A stretch of 15,993 nt of DNA from positions 1 through 15,993 of the forward strand of contig JAEOTQ010000174.1 in the NCBI GenBank assembly GCA_016839785.1. Direction: 5' to 3'. The notes below the pieces were generated by a model. That model was given only the letters and a program-made list of their open reading frames with translations. It ran no database searches and was not told the origin of the DNA. This DNA is from Candidatus Hodarchaeota archaeon (lineage in GTDB: Archaea; Asgardarchaeota; Heimdallarchaeia; Hodarchaeales; Hodarchaeaceae). Each line of letters begins with the position of its first letter. The first letter of the stretch is position 1. This document shows positions 8,749-15,993 of this stretch, piece after piece. The translations under genes and the position numbers were made by a program.

Positions 8749-9585
8749 ATGGGACAAAAACCAATCGGAGTTCTGATATTAACCTTACTTATCCTCCCAT
8801 TCATCACCTCCCCACCATTGATCAGTAAAAGTAACCCTCTTCCAAGTGATTACAATTACGAAACCATTCCATTAGCCTCAAATTACAATAGTTCAGTTTA
8901 TTTTAAAGCAGAAGACATAAGATTTCAGTTTACTCCAACAAGAGTCTCTATTAATGCGAATTACACTTTTCAGAACAATGATTCCAGTACAGTCGAAATA
9001 AATATATTACTACCATTCATCACTTCCAAAAGTAATGAAGCTAAGCTCCCTATCCTTGAGATGCTCACGCTAGACAAAATAGAACTTGATTTCACATGGC
9101 ACGATTTTCAAATTCCTTCAATAAGTTCTAGTGGCATCTTCCATGCTATCAAATTTTCCCTGCTCTTTACTGGGAATGAAGAACATACAATTAATGTACA
9201 ATATAACAGGGACTATATGGATGGTGTAGGTAGTTGGGACTCTCGAACATTACATTATAATTTTCAATATTGCGTAGGAACAGCATTAGCTTGGAATCAT
9301 AATATAAGCTCTGCTAATTTCGAATTTTGGATTCCTAAGAAAATTTGTGGTGACATTAATGACGAAAGGTACTTTGATGAGTTTGAGGAAACCGACACAC
9401 TCTTTATCGGGAAAATGCAATATGCAAATTGGCTGCCCGAGGAAGAGATGATCTCCATTTGGTGGACAGATCAAGTCCTTTACTCACACAAAGAATTCAT
9501 GTCAACACTCCTTATTCTTGTAATTCTCGGAATCTTCGTATGTACAGGATCTGTTGTATTTTTCCTCATAAAAAAATACAAATGA
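8749..9585 (+). CDS. Secreted/membrane-anchored DUF4424-like protein
   Basis: Likely start is the ATG at 8749 (MGQKPIGVLILTLLILPF, signal-like). AEDIRFQF...VSINANYTFQN...ILLPF and FQYCVGTALAW...ISSANF resemble DUF4424-type proteins. The C-terminus is a TM segment followed by KKYK. Confidence 0.6.
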   Translation: MGQKPIGVLILTLLILPFITSPPLISKSNPLPSDYNYETIPLASNYNSSVYFKAEDIRFQFTPTRVSINANYTFQNNDSSTVEINILLPFITSKSNEAKLPILEMLTLDKIELDFTWHDFQIPSISSSGIFHAIKFSLLFTGNEEHTINVQYNRDYMDGVGSWDSRTLHYNFQYCVGTALAWNHNISSANFEFWIPKKICGDINDERYFDEFEETDTLFIGKMQYANWLPEEEMISIWWTDQVLYSHKEFMSTLLILVILGIFVCTGSVVFFLIKKYK

Positions 9586-9813
9586 AACTTGATTTGTCAA
9601 TATACATCTGTAAGGTACCTCTTAGTCAAGATAATTGTATTTAAGGATGAAAATCCACTCAAAATACTAGTATTACATATTTGAGGCATCCGATATAGCC
9701 ATCATCTCTTCCCTTATCTTGATAACTTTCTCTAAACCAAGGAGAAAACGATTGTATATTCAATTCAGATGACAAAAATCCTCTGAGATTATCAAAATGA
9801 CATATCTATTTCT

Positions 9814-10473
9814 CTAGGGATTTATTATGATCTCAAAGGGCAAAGAAAGGAGAGGTCGAGGATCCGAGTCAACTGCAATCCCAAGAGGTCCAAAATCAAT
9901 GATAAATGAATATAAACCTAGAGGAAGAGCAGGTATCCAATAATCTAAAGCAGGATGCCATTCTTCGGGATCAAAGGATATAGGATCAACACCATACTCT
10001 GGGGGAGGTTCTGTGGAGGGTCCTAGTTGAAAGATATCAGTGAAGGCTACAATTTTTACTCCTTCAGAAAAAGTAAAATTGGCGTACGTGATTGAACCAT
10101 GCATGGTAGGATGCCAAACTACTGAACCATTGTTGTTGAGAATTTTGAGTCAGCGAAACCATCCAGGAATATAATAAGTTACATTATGAGTCACTAAACA
10201 AGTGAGATCAACAGATAGAGTCAAATTGTCAGCTTGATAGTAGGTTGAATTATCCAATGAAGCAGTAAAATTCCAACGTTCAGAAAAAGAGAGAGAAGGG
10301 GTATCATCGGAAACAGGATCCTTTTTAGAGGAATTTTCGAAAAAGGTTAAAGAAGTATAACGAAAGCCAGCTATGAAGACAGCAACAAGAATTCCTCCAA
10401 GTAATAGGTAACGAAGTGTTCTTTGCGAAATCACATTCTTCACAGGATCATTATCAATCAAGAAGTCAGACAA
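9814..10473 (-). pseudogene. Single membrane-anchored Ig-like (BsuPI-like) protein gene interrupted by one in-frame TGA at 10150-10152 (pseudogene, sequence error or recoding)
   Basis: ORFs 10150..10473 and 9814..10104 are in the same frame: ...YYIPGWFR-TGA-LKILNNNGSVVWHPTMHGSITY... Read through, this gives 219 aa with an N-terminal TM and an ASLDNSTYYQADNLTLSVDL...LKILNNNGSVVW beta-sandwich pattern. Confidence 0.7.
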
Positions 10474-10581
10474 AGATCAGAGAGTCACAGGGATCAAAAT
10501 TTTAAAAGCTTTCACTTATGAGAAATAACAGATTAATCTTCCACAAAAGAGTCAGGGTGAAGTGTCAGTGAGATCATTAAA

Positions 10582-11403
10582 ATGAAGTTTGGCTTTGTTT
10601 TTCCCAAGAGTGATGTACAGAAAGCAATAGAGTATGCAGAAATAGCGGAAAAAAGTGGATGGGATGGATTTTTTGTATGGGAACCCCTATATGGAATAGA
10701 TGCCTGGATTACGCTTACAGCTATTGCATGTAGAACAAAGAAAATACGCATAGGTACCATGATTACACCATTATCACGAATGAGACCATGGAAATTAGCT
10801 AGCGAGGTCCTAACTCTTGATATTCTATCCCAAGGACGAGTCACACTCTCTGTTGCGCTCGGAGCAATTGATACAGGGTTTGCAGAATTTGGAGAAAAAT
10901 TAGGTAGGAAAATAAGAGCAGAGTTATTAGACGAAGGATTAGAAGTTATGACAGGACTGTGGCAAGGAAAATTCAATTATGAGGGAAAACACTATCACAT
11001 TCGTGAAACAGCGTTTTTTAAACGACATCCTCCTCCCTCTCTCATTCAACAACCTACGATACCAATATGGGTAGTGGCTGCTTGGCCTTGGGGAAAATCA
11101 ATGAAACGGGCGTTAAAATATGATGGAATCTTACCTGCAGTTATGCCCAAGAAAGGCAAGTTTGAAGAAGTCACACCTGAACATATTCGACAAGTAAACA
11201 AATATATTGAGGAAAATCGGTCAGTAAAAGATAAATTTGATATTGTAGTAGAAGGAACCACACCTATCAATAATCCATCCAAGTCAAAAGAGGTAATCAA
11301 GCCATTCGAAGAGGCAGGAGCGACCTGGTGGATTGAATCAATGTGGGATCAAGAGAGTTTGGATCCAGTTCTCGAAAGACTTCGTGAAGGACCCCCTAAA
11401 TAA
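10582..11403 (+). CDS. LLM-class (luciferase-like) flavin/F420-dependent oxidoreductase
   Basis: MKFG...AEKSGWDGFFVWE...DAWITLTAIACRTKKIRIGTMITP...RPWKLASEVLTLDILSQGRVTLSVALG...YEGKHY...QQPTIPIWV are typical LLM motifs. Confidence 0.93.
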   Translation: MKFGFVFPKSDVQKAIEYAEIAEKSGWDGFFVWEPLYGIDAWITLTAIACRTKKIRIGTMITPLSRMRPWKLASEVLTLDILSQGRVTLSVALGAIDTGFAEFGEKLGRKIRAELLDEGLEVMTGLWQGKFNYEGKHYHIRETAFFKRHPPPSLIQQPTIPIWVVAAWPWGKSMKRALKYDGILPAVMPKKGKFEEVTPEHIRQVNKYIEENRSVKDKFDIVVEGTTPINNPSKSKEVIKPFEEAGATWWIESMWDQESLDPVLERLREGPPK

Positions 11404-11424
11404 TGTCAATGGGTGGTATTGTTT

Positions 11425-14400
11425 TCACTGCTGGTCAGTCTGCTGGATTTCGCGCCTGAACTCGTCTATACACTGATCTTTTTCAACATTTGGAAGCACT
11501 TTCCAGAGAAGTAGTTGTTGTCGCATAATACCAATAAATCGTTTAACTAAGGCTTGCCAAGCCTGTAGTACTCCTTCTATGCGGGTTAGTTTGATAAGAA
11601 GCTTCCAATGGCCTCTCTCTTGGTCATAATAAGCAGATATAACAATTGTCTGAATAATTCCCATATCAAAAGGAGCTAGATTGACCGTTGTAATGAGTTG
11701 CTTTTCTTTGCCTTCGATATTCTTGAATACAATTGGACTCCTTACGAAAAAAGGACCTCCTACACTTTCCGATTCATAAATTAGGAAAAATTCTCTCAAA
11801 AATACAAGCATTCCTTCTGCTTCTCTCTCAGTAGATGCTACAAACGGTAAAAAGATATTCCATTGGGTGCCATCACCTTCAGGAGAGGATCTAATTCGCC
11901 AAATTCTCCTTTTAGAAGGAACAGAGATCATACTAGATTGTCTAAGTGGTGCAATTAGACCTACTAATAGACCAACACCACTGAAAGCAAGTGAAATAAG
12001 AACAGCACTAGAAGAATAATTTACAGAAAACGAGCCTGAAAGGAGACCAAAAGCTGAGAAGATTCGAATAAATGTGACACCTCCCATATATCCAAACAAG
12101 GAACCAATTATTGCGTGCATGAGAAATTCAGCAAAAAATATTCCAAGAATACTTGATGGTGACACGCCCAATGATGTGAAAATTGAAATTTCTCGCCTTG
12201 AGTCGTAGACAGTACTTAAAGATGTGTTACTAATAAGAAGAATTGCAATTGATACGGGGATAGCTACCTCTAGAAAATTACTCTCAAACTGAGCACGAGT
12301 GGAGGTGAAAAGGGTCAATGAAAATGTTAAGAGGGCAATTCCTGAGAAATTTAATATTGTTCGCGACTTCTGTCGCTTCATACGAAGAAGACCAGTTTTT
12401 AATGCCACAAATAACACCCCTGTCTGGTTAGATGTAATGAAATGAGAGCCTAAGGTTTTTGTACGAAGTTGTTTAAGAAATCCAGAAATTTCATGTAACA
12501 GCACATACACAATTAAGAATATTGAGAGAACATTAACCAATCCTAGAAGGGTAAATACTAGGTGGGGAGCTACCTGAAAGCCAGGATGGATCAAATAAAA
12601 GAAACCAAATGCTAAAGTATAAGTGAGACATGAAACACCAAGCCATTTTCTGTCAGAATCGAAATCAAATAGAAATAGAGTCAGTGTGAACGAGAAAGGA
12701 ATGAGAAAACAAGCAAAAAGTAGGGCAGTGTTTGTACTATCATTGAGAATGCTTCGAGCATGTTTAAGAGAAGTAAATGACAGTTGACGGGCTGTATTCA
12801 TTTCAAGTATTGCGTTTGAATATTGGTATTGTTCAATTAGTGAATTAATATTCGTTAATTGAGAAGAGACATTTTGAAACGCTTCCTCAACATCCTGATC
12901 ATAAATACCGTGAGAGGCATACCAGTTGACATATGTTTGAGTCAGAGAATGAAGATCTTTGGATGTAACAAACGGTGAGATACCTAAATTTCGGAATTCA
13001 CCCTTTCCCACTTCAAAACCATTGCCTCGAAGAGCATCTGAACTGGAATTTGTGGCATAAACAGCTAGAATTTCATCAGAAAATGTACCTAGTAAGCTAG
13101 ATCGAGCATCAGGGGGTACAAAAATTAAACTAATTGAATCAGAATTCTTAAAACCATAAAATGGAAGAGAAGCCCTTGATACAGGGTCAACAACTTGATA
13201 TGAAAGCTCTTGGGTTGAAATAAATCTGTCATAAGGATGAGAAATGTCGAATAGACCAAGTGTACCACAAGTGAACACAGTAGGATTAATCGTAATCTCC
13301 CTGGTAACTAATTTCTTCGATTGATCAAAAAAGACTCCATAAGGGCCAATATTATTGGCTTGCACTAATTTTCCCCCAGAGTTGAAGGAATAAGCCTCTA
13401 CAGTGAATTCAAGGGGATTATCAGGCTGAGAGGAAGAAATGCCATTAACTTGAAAGAAACCATTCTCATCGGTAAACGTATAGTAAGCGTAATAGCCAGA
13501 ATTACCTGTTTTCGGATCACGAGAAGTAATTCTAATCAACGCGTTCGGAACTGTATTGAGCAGTAAAGAGGTTTCATCGTAGGTTTTACACGAACCAGAA
13601 ATAATACCATAACCCACATGCCTATTAGGTTTGACAGAGAACTCCTTGGGTTGTAAATCCAGATAATTGTCAAGCTGACTGTCATTACTCAGCTGAACTA
13701 GAGCACAAATTGAAAAAATGACTTGAGATTTAAGATTTTCAAGTACGAGAGAATCAGGCAAATCAAAAGGGGTATTAAAGCGATAACGAGAGGATTCTGA
13801 AGAAAAAAGAGATAAAGCTAAGACATTAGACGCGATAAAAGGTTCTTGATCCCCTACAAAAGTAAAAGGCGCTATTTCCTCAAATTGATCCTCAATATTA
13901 ACATATGAACTGACACTAAACGGATATTCATTTCTAATCTCAGAACTCATCTCATTGGCATATTGAAGAAATAAGTCCCCAACACTCTTTAACCTTCTAT
14001 ACATATTATTACCAGTTGTGTATCGAAGCTTATATTTGTACAGATATCCATAGGGATTAATGCCGATAGTATTGGTGGTAGCTGACAGGTCAAGGGATAG
14101 GAATAATTTAATCCCTCTATCCAGATTTAGCAGATCATAATTCTCTGAAACAAATTCCCGGGCACCTGCAGCCGCCTGATTATGCCCAGATAATGCTAGA
14201 AACATGATTGTTTTCTGAGGAATAATATCGTTGTCCTTCAGGATTCGGATAAGCTCTAAAAGAGTAGCAATACCACAGGCCTCATCAGCTCCGGGGGATA
14301 AGGCAGGAACAACGGAAGAAGAATCAAAATATGCCGATAATACAATGATTTCCTCTTCCAATCCAGGTATAATTCCCATGATATTATTAGCATCAATAGT

Positions 14401-15198
14401 TTCCCATGCGATATCAGAGTAAATCGTAACCGTATGAGATAGTTGATTACTTAGGGTTCTTATGGTTCCAACCAACGTTTCATTCTCAATGTAGACACGG
14501 GGAAATTCAAGAGGGATATCAATAGATTTAGTGTTTGCTTCATACCGATTGGTATTATCTGGTGCTAAATAAATGACTCCTTTTGCTCCTAGACTTGCAG
14601 CATTTATCCAATTATCTTGAGAATTAAATTCAAGAACAATCATGGATCCTTCAATCTCTTTTCCGTTCAAAGCAGAGTATTCGCCTGACCCTCCATAAAC
14701 CAGTCTCCCTGAGACTCCACCTATGGGAGTCTTACTGGTGTGAACAGAATTAGGAACAAGAGCATACGCAGTATAGTTATCTCCGTCAATAGAGATTTTT
14801 GTTTCTCGATCAAGGGGGACAAGATGAGGATACGAGAGGGCTTGAACGTTAGTTAGATTTTGATCCTCAAAGAATTCCTGAATATAATCCTTCGCAAGGT
14901 TATATCCTGGATAACCAGTTACACGACTCCCGAAACTTGAGAAATTGTTAATATGGGAGAATATATTTTGAAAATAGGAGGAATTTATCTGATCTGCAAA
15001 GAAATCATAATCAATCACTTCTTGCAAATCAGTACTAAAATCCTCAATATAAGAAACAACATTAGTTTCACTTGTTACAGGGTCTCTAGTAACATTAAGT
15101 GAAGTTTCAACAGCAAATGTGGGTGATAACAAGACGAAAAATGAAATAAGTACACAATAGAGGAAAAATCGGTGCACTAGGAAATTTCTGACACGCAT
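11425..15198 (-). CDS. Large membrane protein: signal peptide, PA/M28-peptidase-like ectodomain, carboxypeptidase-regulatory-like beta domain, TM bundle and C-terminal FtsX/MacB-type permease domain
   Basis: GSRVTGYPGY, a PA-like GRLVYGGSG insert, NIMGIIPG...IIVLSAYFDS...PGADEACGIATLLEL and FLSLDL give an M28 fold. YTFTDENGFFQVNGI is a beta-domain motif. RMKRQKSRT...NTSLSTVYDSRREISIFTSLG...IFFAE is the FtsX/MacB signature. Confidence 0.88.
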   Translation of the reverse strand: MRVRNFLVHRFFLYCVLISFFVLLSPTFAVETSLNVTRDPVTSETNVVSYIEDFSTDLQEVIDYDFFADQINSSYFQNIFSHINNFSSFGSRVTGYPGYNLAKDYIQEFFEDQNLTNVQALSYPHLVPLDRETKISIDGDNYTAYALVPNSVHTSKTPIGGVSGRLVYGGSGEYSALNGKEIEGSMIVLEFNSQDNWINAASLGAKGVIYLAPDNTNRYEANTKSIDIPLEFPRVYIENETLVGTIRTLSNQLSHTVTIYSDIAWETIDANNIMGIIPGLEEEIIVLSAYFDSSSVVPALSPGADEACGIATLLELIRILKDNDIIPQKTIMFLALSGHNQAAAGAREFVSENYDLLNLDRGIKLFLSLDLSATTNTIGINPYGYLYKYKLRYTTGNNMYRRLKSVGDLFLQYANEMSSEIRNEYPFSVSSYVNIEDQFEEIAPFTFVGDQEPFIASNVLALSLFSSESSRYRFNTPFDLPDSLVLENLKSQVIFSICALVQLSNDSQLDNYLDLQPKEFSVKPNRHVGYGIISGSCKTYDETSLLLNTVPNALIRITSRDPKTGNSGYYAYYTFTDENGFFQVNGISSSQPDNPLEFTVEAYSFNSGGKLVQANNIGPYGVFFDQSKKLVTREITINPTVFTCGTLGLFDISHPYDRFISTQELSYQVVDPVSRASLPFYGFKNSDSISLIFVPPDARSSLLGTFSDEILAVYATNSSSDALRGNGFEVGKGEFRNLGISPFVTSKDLHSLTQTYVNWYASHGIYDQDVEEAFQNVSSQLTNINSLIEQYQYSNAILEMNTARQLSFTSLKHARSILNDSTNTALLFACFLIPFSFTLTLFLFDFDSDRKWLGVSCLTYTLAFGFFYLIHPGFQVAPHLVFTLLGLVNVLSIFLIVYVLLHEISGFLKQLRTKTLGSHFITSNQTGVLFVALKTGLLRMKRQKSRTILNFSGIALLTFSLTLFTSTRAQFESNFLEVAIPVSIAILLISNTSLSTVYDSRREISIFTSLGVSPSSILGIFFAEFLMHAIIGSLFGYMGGVTFIRIFSAFGLLSGSFSVNYSSSAVLISLAFSGVGLLVGLIAPLRQSSMISVPSKRRIWRIRSSPEGDGTQWNIFLPFVASTEREAEGMLVFLREFFLIYESESVGGPFFVRSPIVFKNIEGKEKQLITTVNLAPFDMGIIQTIVISAYYDQERGHWKLLIKLTRIEGVLQAWQALVKRFIGIMRQQLLLWKVLPNVEKDQCIDEFRREIQQTDQQ

Positions 15199-15243
15199 TT
15201 GAACATCAATTTGAATCGGGGAATTTTTTTTGGGGGAATGGTT

Positions 15244-15295
15244 GTTTTCACTGAAAACCGTGCAATCGGATCTTGTGCCTAATCGCTATAAATAG
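15244..15295 (-). promoter_or_regulatory. Putative TATA box plus palindromic operator upstream of the M28/FtsX gene
   Basis: TATTTATA on the minus strand at 15287-15294, and a perfect 7-1-7 palindrome GTTTTCA-C-TGAAAAC at 15244-15258, about 30 bp downstream and near the expected transcription start. Confidence 0.4.
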
Positions 15296-15352
15296 TCTAC
15301 AATGAACCAAGGATATTTTATCTTAGAAATCTCGGATAATACATGAACATAC

Positions 15353-15991
15353 CTATTCTCTTCTACGAATAGAGATGAAAAGCATAGATAGAATAACAAA
15401 CCAAGAGAAATTAATGGTCCAACTAATGGAAGGAGGAGGAGGAGAAGTAGCAGGAGGACTGGTAATCGTAAGGTTCATTTTGTAAAGACCTCCTGCAGTA
15501 GTAAAGAAAAGTTCTTGTCTATAATCATCAAGATACAGATAGGTAATTGGGTCACCCAGTCCAAGATCGATACTGGAAACTAATTCCAAAGTAAGGTGCT
15601 GAGAGAGCTCAAAAACTGTAAGAATATCATTGGTACTACTACAAACAAGAAAACTCTCATTAAGGAACAAAGAATCATAAAAATTATATTTGATGGGTAG
15701 AGTAAAACGAGCATTGTTACGAAGAGTAGAACCGTTAGAGAGCAAAAAAAGATTCATAATATCATTCCTCACATATGGGTCATTCGTAAAAAAATGTAAA
15801 TACTTATCAGAAGCAGCTGGTCTTCCTTTAGCCAAATATAAATAATTTAAACCCGTAAATTCCCCAAACCAGACATTAGCTGGATTAATGGGATTATCCC
15901 CCAGATAATAGATACTTGAGGCAGTAGAACCTTCGAAAAATCCGTAATTATTGACGATATATACATTTTTGGCAAAATCAGAGACATGTAT
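15353..15991 (-). CDS. C-terminal part of a cell-surface protein with a Pro/Ser/Thr linker and TM + RRRE tail, 5'-truncated by the window edge
   Basis: The frame stays open from 15835 to the window end (IHVSDFAKNVYIVNNYGFFEGS...NYLYLAKGRP). Beta-rich sequence ends in TSPPATSPPPPSISWTINFSWFVILSMLFISIRRRE. Confidence 0.8.
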   Translation of the reverse strand: MHVSDFAKNVYIVNNYGFFEGSTASSIYYLGDNPINPANVWFGEFTGLNYLYLAKGRPAASDKYLHFFTNDPYVRNDIMNLFLLSNGSTLRNNARFTLPIKYNFYDSLFLNESFLVCSSTNDILTVFELSQHLTLELVSSIDLGLGDPITYLYLDDYRQELFFTTAGGLYKMNLTITSPPATSPPPPSISWTINFSWFVILSMLFISIRRRE

Positions 15992-15993
15992 CA

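Noticed and set aside
9626-9722. Calling the stem-loop a SECIS element
   Set aside because: On the minus strand the base of the inner helix reads AUGC rather than AUGA, and the nearby AUGA is out of register with any GA partner. The TGA context also lacks a Cys/redox motif.
828-14422. Short alternative ORFs (828-1169, 4179-4382, 4414-4743, 5604-5912, 6540-6731, 6946-7260, 7157-7378, 7601-7840, 8296-8646, 9286-9474, 9429-9644, 10533-10976, 11046-11300, 14231-14422)
   Set aside because: They overlap well-supported genes antisense or out of frame and show no recognisable motifs, so they are probably shadow ORFs.
15430-15460. GGA tandem repeat
   Set aside because: It simply encodes the poly-Pro linker of the minus-strand surface protein.
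1-15993. Whole window as one operon-level system, prophage or mobile island
   Set aside because: Gene orientation switches repeatedly, the functions are unrelated, and I found no integrase, transposase, capsid, tRNA or rRNA.

Overview
AT-rich archaeal DNA that looks like an Asgard archaeon, possibly Heimdallarchaeia. This is inferred from gene content only: a stand-alone gelsolin-like domain, a longin-like plus roadblock-like two-domain protein, a PAS-DUF835-like-wHTH regulator and surface proteins with a C-terminal TM plus basic tail. About 13 protein-coding loci lie in mixed orientation. In order: a PAS/wHTH regulator (cut by the left edge), a SHOCT membrane protein, gelsolin, a metallophosphoesterase, a polytopic membrane protein, a NapH/MauN-type 4Fe-4S membrane protein, a CPBP/Rce1-type protease, a longin-roadblock protein, a seven-repeat SBBP beta-propeller, a DUF4424-like protein, a gene split by one in-frame TGA, an LLM-class oxidoreductase, and a 1257-aa M28-like/FtsX-permease fusion. 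A further surface protein is cut by the right edge. I found no rRNA, tRNA, CRISPR array, transposase or integrase. The most interesting points are the degenerate, nicalin/nicastrin-like M28 domain fused to a permease lacking its extracytoplasmic domain, the longin-roadblock fusion, the gelsolin, and the in-frame TGA with a nested stem-loop downstream. I cannot show that these genes form one coherent system. All family calls come from motif recognition, not database searches.
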